The notes beneath the pieces were generated by a model. That model was not told where the DNA came from. It did no database searches and worked only from the letters and a program-made list of their open reading frames with translations. DNA of 63,999 bases, the filler included, from Ionaspis alba (taxonomy: Eukaryota): assembly GCA_964255285.1 (NCBI GenBank). It is 14 parts of 14 records of this genome, joined end to end, with 100 filler letters (N's around TTAATTAATTAA, not from the genome) between each part and the next. Parts side by side here need not be neighbours in the genome. Positions count along the whole stretch, not along the records: positions 1 to 4,604 come from CAXUUL010001084.1; positions 4,705 to 9,302 come from CAXUUL010001085.1; positions 9,403 to 13,982 come from CAXUUL010001086.1; 11 more parts are not named here. The stretch is one strand, 5' to 3'. Positions 1-12,452 of this stretch are shown here, in pieces. Made by a program: the position numbers and the translations under genes. Numbering within the stretch: position 1 is the stretch's first letter; each line of letters opens with the position of its first letter.

Positions 1-765
1 AGTGTTTTCTTCCATTCTGAAAGAGAGATATAGCCATAGTCCGGAGGTGATGGAAGGCATACCAAAATCACTGCCACGTGATAGAAATCTGGAGAATCGA
101 AAATTAGCAATGATTTGAGATTCCTTATCTGTGCCGCACAAGTCAACCTCATAGACAAAACCCACTGCGAGTATCAAACATCCTCGCGAAAATACGAGGA
201 TCAATAACTTCAAACACGGTGCTAGAAGCCATCAAAGACTGCTGGAAGTTGCAGAATATCACGGAAAGACAGCTAGAAAAATCGAGGTACCCGAAGCACA
301 GTGGCGATATCGTTCTCCTTTCTCGTATTCGCTACGTATAAAGGGTATCGAGATTCAGCTCTCGAGCTCGCTGCCCAGTCGATCACTATTGGCAAAGGCA
401 TCCTTGGAGAGAAAGGCCCACGGGCTGCTGACTCAATGTACCTTGTTGCCACGATGTTATTCGATGTAGAGAGGGTCGCGTCGGCCATAAAGCTGCTTAG
501 GGAAGTAATTGAAATGAGTCAAGGGATGGAGATGACAGGACACCTCGCAAGAGCTCTTTAAACTTCAGCTGATTGAAAGGACAACACAGAGGATTAGGAT
601 GAGATTAAAAGACTTCGAGACAAGGCTCGTTCTGCCAGAGACGACATAGACCGAAGAGAGTCCCAGAATGTGGAGGATTTTGCTACAACGCCATGGACTA
701 GAGGCAAAATCAATCTATCATCATGTTCCAAAGTCCGTCGCCCAGATAATGACCGGAGTCCATAA
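1..765 (+). pseudogene. Degenerate 3' portion of a TPR-like (probably NB-ARC/NLR-type) gene
   Basis: Frame +3 reads ...KSRYPKHSGDIVLLSRIRYV* (TAA 339-341). After an apparent 1-nt insertion, frame +1 reads GYRDSALELAAQSITIGKGILGEKGPRAADSMYLVATML...GHLARAL*TSAD*KDNTED*DEIKRLRDKARSARDDI (stops 559, 574, 595). The helical TPR-like pattern resembles C-termini of fungal NB-ARC-TPR proteins, recognised from memory. Confidence 0.55.
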
Positions 766-1360
766 CTACTCCTTTCTTCTTCTCCTTAATGTCCTCCGTT
801 CCCATCCTCAGTTGGCCGACCAGACACGCTTCTTCCTTTCCCTCTGCCTCAATGACTGCGACTTCCCCCTCCTTCAATTGTGAGTCTTCTGCTGGTAGTC
901 TACCGCCCGTGGACGTCAATCCGGGCGCCATGAGCGTAGCTCCGGACAGCACGAATCGAATGGCTCCCCTGTCAATTCCTATCCGTGAGAAACATTTCGG
1001 AAATTCGTGGACCACTTTGAGGTGTGGAATTATGGGATCGTCCATGTGCTGCCAGAAGAGTGGTTTATTGTCGAGCGCATAGAGCGTGACTCGATCAGGC
1101 CTTCGCTGGTCAGCGTGGAGCTGTCCTCAGAAAGTTGTCCATGTATCTCTCACAGCTTGAGGAGGTCCAATTGAGACTTCTTCGGTATGAGCTCGTCAAT
1201 ATGCGGTGCAAGTAGTGGGTAGGTTTCCACAATCTTTGTCCGAATAGCCCGCTGGACAGAGGACTTGACCTTCGACTTTGCACCTGGGGAAATACTGATT
1301 GATCAGCCAGAGGAGCAAACCATTAAGTCTCCCTCTGCGCACTTACTCCTTTTTGAACAT
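710..1360 (-). CDS. TMA20: Translation machinery-associated protein 20 (MCT-1 family, PUA domain)
   Basis: ATG at 1360. Spliced product MFKKDISPGAKSKVKSSVQRAIR...PDRVTLY...IPHLKVVHEFP...DRGAIRFVLSGATLMAPGLTS...HYLGDGLW. Introns at 1295-1346 and about 1100-1153. Confidence 0.95.
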
Positions 1361-1606
1361 AGTTGCAACAGGTGAGGGATGTCGTTGTTTGCTAGAACGA
1401 AATTTATAGGTCGTTACTGCCCCACTACAACCCTCTCCTCCAAGCCGCCTTTGGCTTGGCCCTCATGCAATATCTAGAGATAATTTCACGTCTATTGCAC
1501 TCAAATAGGGTCTAATACGTGGTTTGGGTCAAGCGCTGTATCTGCGTACTCGATTGGTATCGTGCTATCTAGAAGTTTGCTCAGGACGTAATCACATGTA
1601 ATCATT

Positions 1607-2826
1607 TCATGACGGAGGAGCTCCACGTCCTCCTCCTCGTCCGCCACCCATCATGTTTCTGGCCCTGGTATACATTAGCAAAGGGTCAGTCCTGGAGGGC
1701 AATACGTACATCTCGGCGATGCTGGGGTCTTGCATCAACGAAGAGATATCGGGCATACCACCCCCGCCTCTACCTTCGCCACCACCACCTCCTCCGCCAC
1801 CAAAGCTCTCCGCCATCTGTCTAAGCCGTGGATTGTTCATAATATTGTTCATCATATCCGGATTGCTCATGAGATTCTGTGCCATACTTGCGAACATCGG
1901 ATTGCTCATGATCGAACTCAAGTCGGGCCCACCACCACCACCTCTACCTCCACCGAACATTCCTGCAAGAGCCGAAAGGTCTGGCATACCTCCTGCTCCG
2001 CCACTCGGTCCGCCTCTTGCACTTCCCACGTCATCATCCATGTCCCCACTTCCGGCGTCCTTCTCCTCCTCCTCAACTCTCTTTTTCGCCGTCTCATACC
2101 CCTTCTTCATAGCTTCGCTCCCACCGTTTCCCTCGTATTCAATCCCCTTCCCGTAAGCCTCCATACTTCCCTTCGCGTCTCCGAGAGCAAATCTGGCAAG
2201 ACCGAGCCTACTCCAGGCCTTGGTATACTTCGGATCGGCAGCGACTGCCATCTCAGCATCTGTCGATGCTTCCGCATGCTGTTTCGATGCCGAGTAGGCA
2301 GCTGCACGATTCGATAAATAGATGGGATTCAAGGGGGTGATGTTGAGAGCCTTGCTGTAGAAGTCTATCGCTGCTTTGTAGTCTTTGCTGGCCATAGCGG
2401 AATTTCCTTGACTCTTGAATGCTTCTGCTTCTACATTGGGTGGAGCCTTGGTAGACTCGGGACTATCCTTCTTGGTCTGTGGACCAGGCGATGGCGCAGC
2501 ACCAGCTCCGCTAGCTCCTGCTGATGGTGAGGTCGATTTGCCCTTCAGCTTTTCATACACGCCATAGATACTGAGGAGTGATTGTCCACCTATGGCATCC
2601 TGCATCGCAGCCTTGTTGGAAGGATCAACGTGGAAGGTGTCTGCGATACAAGACTGCGCCACCTCGACCGATTCAGCGTCCTCTGAACTGATGGTGCCAT
2701 CTTTGAGAGAGGTGGAGAGAAAGTCGATGATAGCGAGAGCAAGGCGCTTCTTAGAATCTGATGTGGTGGACGCCTGCGAAGCTGTGAGTACGGTGAGGAT
2801 CAGAGCAAACAGAGCTGTCTTACCAT
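1607..2826 (-). CDS. SGT2: Small glutamine-rich TPR co-chaperone (GET pathway)
   Basis: ATG-only first exon. N-terminal dimerisation domain (KKRLALAIIDFL...ESVEVAQSCIADTF), three TPRs (AEAFKSQGN...YLSNRAAAY...YTKAWSRLGLA), and an M/N/G-rich STI1-like C-terminus. Last intron 1665-1709. Confidence 0.95.
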
Positions 2827-3054
2827 GATGGCGGAAGTGTGTGGAGTGTGCTGAGGACTGATGGTAGTGTGTCCAAGAGATTGTGCAAATTTGTGTGGAG
2901 TGCTGGTAGACTGACGTCGTTTGTCAATATCGGCTATTGATACCAGTGACCTAGCTTAATAGGGCTGCGCAGTTCTAAACCCAACAAGACAACAGTCTCT
3001 GCCGGACGGCGTGACTTACTCCTCGCCGACAGGGCAAGGCTTTCAAGAATCAGT

Positions 3055-4604
3055 ATGAAGATGGTGCCGCCTTCTCGTGTGATTATCGACACGGATCCTG
3101 TAGGGTTAAGGTCACTTCAGACGCCAGGTCTTCAACTGAATAATCTTCTTAGGGTGTTGACGACATCATTGCTATGCTATTTGCAGTGGCATCTAGTCCT
3201 GAAGATATCGATATTCTTTTGATTTCAGTAACATTCGGGAATGTGGATGTGCACAAGTTAGCGATGTCGGGCCCACGCTTGATAGGCAGACAGCTCTAAT
3301 TTGTGGCTATCCTAAGTTGTTTGCGTAATGTTGTCGCCATGTTCAGCATAATCCAGAAAGAAATAAAATGGCGACGTGACAATGGATTACCGGAAGGCTT
3401 CGATCTCCTCAAAATTTCGAAACCCTTAGTCGCTGTGGGCGCTGACGGGCCTCTCGGAGACGAGCTTATGATAGCAGACTACTTCCGTGCGTTATTGGCA
3501 TGCCATATCTTCTCCTGCTGACAGTTTTATGGCAGACGGGAGAGATGGTCTAGGTGGTATCCATGAGACTGTATGAATTTACAATCAATCTCCTTGATCA
3601 TTACAATACTGACGAACTCAGCACCAACACTTAAGTCCCCCAGACACATGGAAGAATCTCTTCTCCACGCCACCGTCGACTACATTCTTGACCGATACTG
3701 CAGAGAAAGAGGGCCACATAGAGTTGGACTCCTCGACCGCTCTATTCACACCTTCTCAACGCCCATCACACGTAGAGATCTTGCGCATTCTTGAGGAAAA
3801 CCCTCCTGATACTGTTTCCATTATTGCCATTGGCCCCCTTACAAATCTCGCACTCGCCGCATCGCACTCACCGAAGACGCTTATGCGTGCTAAATCCGTG
3901 CTTGTCATGGGAGGCGCAGTGGCTGTACCTGGAAACATGACGCCTCTGGCGGAGTTCAACGTCTTCGGTGATCCAACAGCAGCTGCTCGGGTGTTCGCGC
4001 TCACATCTCCGAATCCAGCCAGCAGCATGCCACCAATTCTACACCCAGTTTCTAAGCAAGAGAAAAGAGATCCTTCGGATCGATCGCCACTTCCACCGTA
4101 CCCGCCCAAGAAGGAGCTTGGAGCTCGAAGGCTGAAACTAGTGTTGTTTCCGTTAGACATTACCATCCAGCACGAGCTGCGACAAGACCAGTTCATGGCG
4201 AGGATTCAACCACTTCTTGCTAAGGGCAGTCCACTGGCAGAATGGGCCAATGCCTTTTTGAGCTCGGTCTTTCTTACGATGCAGTCATTGCAGAATGGCG
4301 TTGGTGACAATGCCTATCTCGAGTTGCATGATCCATTGTGCGTTTGGTATGCTTTGAACCAGAGGGTCGAGCCAGAAAGGTGGGTTGTCAAGGAGGAAGA
4401 AGACATTCGAGTGGAAACTACGGGACAGTGGACAAGAGGAGCATGCGTAGTGGATCGAAGAAACAGGAAGAAACGACAAGGTAGCGATGATGAGGACGAC
4501 GAGGTACCAGGTGATTCTGGTGGTTGGCTGAGTTCCGCACGAGGCAATCGGCTTGGAAGATGTACAGGAACTCCAGGGGGTGACAAATTGGCGCCATTAA
4601 TACT
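3055..4604 (+). CDS. Inosine/uridine-preferring nucleoside hydrolase family protein (3' end truncated by contig end)
   Basis: Spliced motifs IIDTDP|GVDD, TFGNV, HGRDGLGG, IIAIGPLTNLALA, MGGA..GNMTPLAEFN..DP and LHDPL. Four short introns between 3100 and 3620. Confidence 0.9.
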
Positions 4605-4704
4605 NNNNNNNNNNNNNNNNNNNNNNNNNNNNNNNNNNNNNNNNNNNNTTAATTAATTAANNNNNNNNNNNNNNNNNNNNNNNNNNNNNNNNNNNNNNNN
4701 NNNN
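4605..4704. other. Artificial contig spacer (44N-TTAATTAATTAA-44N, stops in all six frames). Identical spacers start at 9303, 13983, 18655, 23312, 27963, 32613, 37261, 41897, 46519, 51133, 55738 and 60340.
   Basis: The same 100-nt pattern occurs 13 times. The intervening segments shrink monotonically from 4598 to 4502 nt, as expected for size-sorted contigs. Confidence 0.98.
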
Positions 4705-5528
4705 GAGAGGAATAGTGGGAGGTGAGGTGTTGCTGGGTTCTTGGATAAAGTGGAAGGTTTAGGTTGGGGTTGGGTGGGGTGTAGATATGGTGGTGGGTGG
4801 TTATGCTGTTTCGTGTTCGTCGTACGATCATGGTGCTTTGCATACTTCGTAGGCATTGTCGAATTCTCACCACGGATGATACGGAGACTATAATCGTATG
4901 ATCCAACCTCACGAACCGAACCACGGCAGTTGTACCTGCGACAGCGGAACGACCCCCGGACCTTTGGTGATTTAGAGTGTGGCGCACCCCTCCTACGCGG
5001 CAGGATTAGTAGGATTGCGCAGGGGTCATCGAGAGTAGTCAGAGGCTTGTTTCCCCAGCACTTTTCCTTTCCCTCGCTTCTTAATTTAACTTGAGACGAT
5101 CATCCGCCGCCGCCGGGGAGAGACCGCGGCGGATGGCGAAACTCACGACAGGGAATATTTCAGGGCGGTTTGGTACTTGGAGGAGTAATTATTGGGGTGA
5201 GGCGTGTCTTCTGTTGATTGCCTCGAACGTCGCTCTTACTGCTACCAGTCATTGCTATATCTGGAATTGCAGGTCTACTTTCACTGGGTGATCAATGGCA
5301 AGATAACGCGTCCTGTCACTAAGGAAGGTTCGGGTGATGGCAATTCGCACATGGTATTCTGTACAACCTTCGTCATAGGCCTGTCACAGGAATACCGTTG
5401 AGGGTCGTCATTTCCATTCGCTCCACGTATTACACATTGCTTGTTTGCATACTACCACTTCTTCTCCAGTCGACGAGGACTGTTTCTTCTATACAACCTT
5501 TCAGATTGTGCAGATTTCACATGGCAAG

Positions 5529-8500
5529 ATGAGCTCACAAACAAACGCCCAAAAGGGCGTTCAAATTCTACCAATACCGCCTCCACTCGAATTTCCTTAT
5601 CCTGGAACCAGTGCTGAGGCTTCAAGAGCTCATTCGGTCGCTGCTACCGAAAACTCTTCAAGGAATGAACAGCAAGCAGCAGGTGGTGCTCCTGCCAATC
5701 CTCAAATAAATACACTTCAGACATCCAATTTGCCTCAAATTACAAGCCAACAGAACTTACAACCTTCCAGAGAGGCACAATCACCGGTGAACGGTCTAAA
5801 AGTAGCAGATCAAGAGGGTGAAGCACAACCACACAAGAAAAGGCAGACCGGCAACAAAGAGGGAGACATTTTGAATGCAGCCATTGCCGACGACTCCGAC
5901 TCCGACTCCGACTCGTCTTCCGATTTCGACTTCGACACTTCAGACACATCCACATCCTCCGACGAGCGCGCTGACGGAGAAGGCTCAAGCGGTCGACGCC
6001 GTGCTGGGACTACCTCGTCACAAACAAAGAAGGTGAAACACATAGCCGGACAGAAAGTAGGAGGATACGACCCAGCTGCGAGCTACTCGGTCGGGAACGA
6101 TGACTTCAAGTCGCGAGGAAGAGTCTCGAAGCGAGACGGTCGGTTGAACATAAAAGTCAAGGGCAAGGCGGATACGGACTATTGGGCCAAAGCCTTGGGT
6201 GCTACGCTAGGACGGCACATTCCAGGATACAAAGACAAAAGGGAGGATGAGCGGGCGGATGATGGGTTCACACCTCTCCGAGAAGAAGATGCTCGCCACA
6301 GACCAGGAGCTGCACGTGAAGCTAGTTCTTCTACTCTGTCGACCGCGCCCTCAGTCTACGACAAGCATCCTGTACCAAAATTAAATATCGTCATTATGGT
6401 CATCGGTAGCAGGGGAGACATCCAACCATTCTTGCGACTCGGAAAGATCTTGAAAGAAGAACATGGCCACAGAGTACGGATTGCCACACATCCAGCTTTC
6501 AAGCAATTCGTTGAGAAGGACTCGGGTCTAGAGTTCTTCTCCGTCGGTGGAGACCCGGCAGAGATCATGGCCTTCATGGTCAAGAACCCGGGCTTGATTC
6601 CCAAAGCCGAGACGATCGTTGCAGGCGAAGTCGGCAGACGCCGAGAATCGATGTACGAGATGTTCAAGGGCTTTTGGCGAGCGTGTATCAACGCCACGGA
6701 TGACGAGAAGGATGCCGAGAATCTCAAAATGATGGGTGACAAGCATCCGTTCGTCGCCGATNNNNNNNNNNNNNNNNNNNNNNNNNNNNNNNNNNNNNNN
6801 NNNNNNNNNNNNNNNNNNNNNNNNNNNNNNNNNNNNNNNNNNNNNNNNNNNNNNNNNNNNNTTCCGAGTGAAGACTTTAGGCCTGGAGCCACTGTCAACG
6901 CTCTGGGCACCAGGCCAGCTTTTCCGAATGAAAGTACCCTATACCTATCTTTGGTCACCAAGCCTGGTCCCGAAACCTTCGGATTGGGGCCCCGAAATTG
7001 ACATCACTGGTTTTGTATTCCTAGATCTCGCGTCGTCATTCAAACCACCATCGTCACTGACCAAGTTTCTGAATGCCGGAGAAATGCCGGTGTACATCGG
7101 ATTCGGCAGCATCGTTGTCGACAACCCCGATAAATTCACCAAACTTATCTTTGAAGCGGTCAAGAAAGCTGGTGTCAGAGCTCTTGTCAGCAAGGGGTGG
7201 GGTAAACTTGGCGACGAGGACAACACGCCGGATAATATTTACATGCTGGAAAACACTCCTCACGACTGGCTATTTCCTCGCGTCAGTGCAGTTGTTCATC
7301 ATGGTGGTGCTGGTACGAATGCCATTGGACTGAAGTGCGGCAAGCCCACACTAATCGTGCCCTTCTTCGGGGATCAACCGTTCTGGGGTGCCATGGTTGC
7401 CAAGTCTGGTGCTGGCGCAGAGCCGATACCTTATAAGAAGCTTACCTCTGATAAGCTGGCTGCCGGAATCAAGTATCTCCTGACACCAGAAGTCAAGAAG
7501 AATGCTGAACACATTGCGAAGAACATCGCCGATGAGGGCGACGGTGCTCTGAACGCAGTGAAATCTTTCCATCGAAGTTTACCGCTGCGAGGAGAACACT
7601 CGCTACGATGTTCCATTCTAGAGGATCGTGTGGCTGTCTGGCATTTGAAGAAGACGCATGTCCGACTATCGGCGATAGCTGCGCATGTTCTGGTAGAGAA
7701 CCAGAAGATCAGGTGGGCAGATCTACATCTGATCAGACATTATGATTGGAACGATTTCGAGGGTCCGGGTGAGCCGTTCACCGGTGCTGGTGCGGCGATT
7801 GTGACTTCTTTTGGGAATGTAGTGCACGGGATTGGGAGGACACCCTTTAGGTGGGTGAAGAGCGTTAGAAAGCAGGAGAAGGGCTATGAGAAGAAGGGGA
7901 AAGGGGCGAAGCAGAAGAGCGAGAAGAAAGAGAAGAAAGAGGAGAAGGGCAATGCTGAGGGAAAAGCTCAAACGAACGAGAAATCGAACGAGATGGAGGA
8001 GAAAACAACAGAGCCGACCAATGCTTCAGCGGACGGTACGCCGAAGACGAGTAGCAATAAGTCAAATGTTGACTTAGGCGATGGCCGACATCTGCCAGAT
8101 CACGACATGAACCAAAACCGTCTGAGAAGCGAAGGCATGGTTGACGGCAATCCTCCCAAGTCCGACCAATCTGAACCGCTGAGCGAAGCGGAAAAGACCA
8201 ATAGGCTCGACCACCCTGACAAAGAAAAAAGCGGCAAGATCAATATCGCCTCAGATATCGCGGACGACACCACTTCTGGTATTGGCAAGTCTGCTGGCGC
8301 GCTCATAAAAGGTACTTACATATCCTCTCACTCCACTCATCCGTTCATGGCATCAAATGCCCTATTTGCCATTGAGCATTGCTGACTCATCCTGTTGCAG
8401 CACCAATGGACATCGGCCTCGCCACCGCCCAAGGCTTCCACAATGCTCCCCGTCTCTACGGCGACAGAACCGTACGCACCCCACCTCGGATCTCCGGCAT

Positions 8501-9302
8501 GAAGTCCGGCGTCCGGGCGGCAACGGCCGAGTTCTCTTTCGGTATCTATGACGGCTTCACCGGACTCGTCAAACACCCATACCGAGGCGCCAAAGCGGAA
8601 GGCGGAATCGGACTCGCCAAGGGCGTGGGTAAGGGCGTTGGAGGCCTGGTGCTCAAGAACGCGGCTGCGTTACTGGGACCAGGGGCGTATCTGATGAAGG
8701 GGCTGGAGAAGGAATTGAGCAAGGGAAAGCAGCCAACAGGATTCATGCGACGAGCACGGATCATCCAAGGCCAAAAAGACCTCGATCGCATTGACCCCGA
8801 AGAGCGAGAGCAAGTACTGAAGACAGTCGCGCGGGGCTGGGCGATCATCGCGGACGTAAGGCGGGAGGTCGAGGCTGCGAAGAGACGGGGCTTGAAGGGC
8901 CGGTGGATGGTGCATCAGGAGCGGAAGAGGTGGAAGAGAAATGGTGTTTTCGAGAATGTGGAGCAGGCGGGACGGGCGCTGGAGGCGGAGAGGAAGGGCG
9001 AGGATCTGGAAGAGGTTTTTGAGGCGCAGAGGCGGGAGTTGGAGAAGAGTGAGAGGCCGAGGAGGAGTGGGATGGGGTGGGCGAAGGTGCATGGGGTGCA
9101 TGAGTCGCAGAAGGGGGGTGAGAAGGTGGGAAGGAGGAATGGAAGCGACGAGGCGGGTGATAGAGAAGACAATACGAGGCAAGACGGTGTCGAGAAAGTC
9201 AAGGCTGATCGCGAGGATCAGGCTGATGGAAGCTATGAGACGAGAGATGGAGAGCATATTGCTGGCAAGCACACTGGCACGCATGTCCAGGATTTGGCGA
9301 TG
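5529..9302 (+). CDS. Glycosyltransferase family 1, UDP-glucose:sterol glucosyltransferase-like (internal gap 6762-6861, 3' truncated)
   Basis: Motifs LNIVIMVIGSRGDIQPF, GHRVRIATHPAF, PVYIGFGSIVVD, PHDWLFPRVSAVVHHGGAGT and PFFGDQPFWG. C-terminal GFHNAPRLYGD...GIYDGFTGLV segment. Intron 8312-8400. No PH/GRAM domains seen, so not called ATG26. Confidence 0.9.
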
Positions 9303-9402
9303 NNNNNNNNNNNNNNNNNNNNNNNNNNNNNNNNNNNNNNNNNNNNTTAATTAATTAANNNNNNNNNNNNNNNNNNNNNNNNNNNNNNNNNNNNNNNNNN
9401 NN

Positions 9403-11034
9403 GACTCCTTGAAGTCATTCGAAATGTTTGTTTATAATGTAAGAGCCATTCTTCTGTCCTGATCTGTACCTTCTAATTACTTCAGGATACAGATCCATTT
9501 ATGGTACGGGAGACGGACGTCACGGACGATGTCTTCGATCATTGGATTGATCAAAGAGTACATTTACGGTCTCAAAGTTCAAGACTATACTGATGGTTGA
9601 CAGTACGCTTTTGACTTACCGGATTCGAGGCAGCCATCAACTACGTTGCGCATCATGTAAGGGCTACCTTCGTCTTGTAAGACAAGTCTAAAGCAAGCAG
9701 ATATCAATGTGGCGGGAAATGGAGATCGTCATCCAATACTAAGGAAGTCCCTCTTACCCAGGAAATGTTTCTAAGCCTATCAAGAGTTCTTCAGATCCCC
9801 ATCGATTGGCTGGATAGTAGTCAGCCTTTTGCGTGGGCCACAATTGAACCAAAACATGGCAATAAGGGACCAATTCTAGGTAAGTCTATATGGAATGAAC
9901 AGCGGTCGACAATCAAAAGCTGCTGAATGTCAATGCAGTGTTTTTGCTCCAAAGCCATATCTATCGAACGTTCCCGGAACTGTTTGCCTGTTCCTATGAT
10001 ATGAAGACACGCACATGCACAGTCTTCCATTCAGTCAGATATAGAGGGGAGGCATTCTTCAGTGGCCTGCTTTCTAGCTGTAAAACGTTCCAAGATTACC
10101 TCTGTCATCCTCTGTCTTTGCCCTTTCTTGTCTTGCAGCGCTACTCCTGGTGGATCGACTTCGATGTCAAGACAAACCAAGCCACCATGAGAGTAATTGA
10201 AGACTGTATAGGTGAGCGAGACTATGGCACGCTACACAGACCGAAGCCAGCACCACCGAGAGGTGCCTGGGATCCTGGGCAAGGCGCCAACTACCAGGAA
10301 CTCAATAGAAGGCTCATAGGATGCAATTTCAAGTTAAATAACAATGTCGAGAACCTTGCATCTCAGATGCTAGACGCAATCGCAGACATCGCATCAAAGC
10401 TTGAAAAATTAGAAGAGTATACGCCAGAAATGGCACTATCATGGAAACATATCGGCATTCAGCTGGATTTCATAAAGTTGAGGCTTCAATCCTGCTCTTG
10501 TGCTACAGAACAGATCAGACGCCGCCTGACGATGCAATCTACTCTTGTACGTGATAAAAGCACTCTCGCGACAGGTATCTATCTTTCTTGTGGATGAAAA
10601 GCTGACTTCTGCCCATAGCTGTACAACATCATAGCTCAAGAAGATAACAAACTGAGCTACTCCGTGGCAGCAGACTCACGGCGTATAGCAGCAGCAACGA
10701 AGCGTGATTCTTCCGCCATGAAGACTATAGCAGTCTTGACAACCGTATTCCTCCCAGGCACATTCGTCGCTGTACGTATAAATCTCCTTCCCTAATGGAT
10801 TGGGGATACTAAGAACCCTTCCTCCAGACGTTATTCAGCATGGGCATGTTTGACTTCAGCCACTCCAGCGACGGTATCGTGCTGTCAAAATATTTCTGGC
10901 TCTATTGGGCGATCGCTGTACCCTTGACTCTCTGTGTGATGCTGATCTGGTTCACCTGGTTCATGTGGCAAGAAAGGCAGGAGAGGAAAAGGGTTGACGA
11001 AGAGGAGGCACCTTTCCGATCGAAGCAGGACTGA
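9403..11034 (+). CDS. Fungal CorA-like (Mg2+ transporter-like) membrane protein, 5' end uncertain or truncated
   Basis: A coiled region precedes LYNIIAQEDNKLS...AAATKRDSSAMKTIAVLTTVFLPGTFVA|TLFSMGMFDF...FWLYWAIAVPLT, the typical two-TM C-terminus of this fungal family. Several GT-AG introns. Confidence 0.8.
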
Positions 11035-11601
11035 GATGTTCGTAAAATCCGCCATGGGCACGTTTGGAAAGTGTCAGCCTGCCGGCGGTCCACTCGTGAA
11101 GAAACGAGAATTGAACCTGGGCTATGATGTTAAGCGTGAGCTACACCATCAAGCCCTTAACAATGGGAGGATAGAAGTGGTCCGAGACTCTCCACCGAGC
11201 CAGGTAATGAAGCCTCCTTCCACAGGAGTTGCACATAGGAGTCGCCAATGAGAAGCTTTACTATCACAAAACCGGGTTGCGCGAGATCGGGATGCAGCTT
11301 CTCTCCGTAGTGCCGTCACTCAGCCTGTGGAGTGGAACAGATCAATCTGCGATCAGGTGACGAGGGCCGCGCGGAAAAACGAAAATCACTGCGTGCGGTG
11401 GCTGCCCGGCATATACAGGATACCTATGTGTCCTACTTGTGGCAGGGGAGGAAGCACAGCAGATGACACAAGAAGCTTTAAGGCAGAAACAGAAGGGACG
11501 TCGGAAGGTCAGCCGTGCATGACAGAATCGTATATAGACATATTCAATGCCAATATGCTACAAGAAAAACACATCGCTACCAACCACTCGCTCCTTTCCT
11601 T

Positions 11602-12320
11602 TCACATATAAGCCAACACCCCCGAACTCACAAACGTCAACCCAACCACAAACCACCCCGTCCTCTGCACCGCCTTATTCGAAAACTCCCTCCCCGTATC
11701 CCACACCAGATGCCTAATTCCGTTCCACGAATGGAACGTAAACGGTAGCGCCACGAGATATTTGAGCCCAAATTTCGCTACTACCGGCAAGCTGCCAAAC
11801 GCCGCTGCCATCGTTCCGCTCTCCAGGTGCCAGCCAAAGAGAGGCGCGACTAGGTATGCGAAGCCGAAGACGTAGAAGGCGCCTGAGACAGTGCAGCCGG
11901 TGATACGGTTGAGGGCGGAGAGGTACCAGGTGACTTGTGGTTTATAGATTGAGAGGTGAGGGGAGACGGGGCGGTTGAGGCGTTGTTTGACGAGGATTTC
12001 GTAGCCGTCGGCGGGTTTGACGGCTGTTGTTGCTGCGGATCTGGTGGAGGGCTTGTTAGAGGCTGGAGCTTCGTAAAGGCGCCGAAAGGGTTGGGGATAT
12101 GGGGCTGCATTTGGATACCCACGCTTACCTTGATTGAAGGCGATGACTTGAGAGGGCAATTGATGCTGGTGAGGCCATTTTGAGGATGGTGGAGCGGGAG
12201 AGGGCACCAGGTTGTTGGACGGCTACTGCTCGATTGTCAGTATTTTGACTAACCTGTAGGATGTACCTGGAAGCTTATACACCGCCGCAGCGACTGCTGC
12301 ATTGTTCTTTGCGCCAACAT
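11602..12320 (-). CDS. SDH3: Succinate dehydrogenase cytochrome b560 subunit, mitochondrial
   Basis: Presequence MLAQRTMQQSLRRL. Motifs QRLNRPVSPHLSIYKPQ, SALNRITG and FHSWNGIRHLVWD. Two introns, the second at 12041-12128. Confidence 0.95.
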
Positions 12321-12407
12321 CTTGAGGAGTAAATCCTCCGATCGCAATCGACTGGACGTTGATATTATTGAAGTGGTGGAGGAGCGGAGCACGAGAGGAC
12401 GGTGACG

Positions 12408-12452
12408 CCAATCAAGCCTCGGCATTTTCCAGCCAATCACAGCTAAGCAATT
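12408..12452. promoter_or_regulatory. Two CCAAT boxes upstream of SDH3; the second fits the CBC:HapX bipartite motif
   Basis: GCCAATCA at 12407 and 12432. CCAAT(12433-37)-N12-ATT(12450-52) matches CSAATN12RWT. Confidence 0.5.

Noticed and set aside
5890..5935. GACTCC tandem repeats, and similar short repeats such as (AGT)n near 35455
   Set aside because: Ordinary low-complexity microsatellites, here encoding a DSDSDS tract.
6762..6861. Frame change within the glycosyltransferase
   Set aside because: It coincides with a nominal 100-N gap of unknown true size that hides a conserved segment, so it is not evidence of a frameshift.
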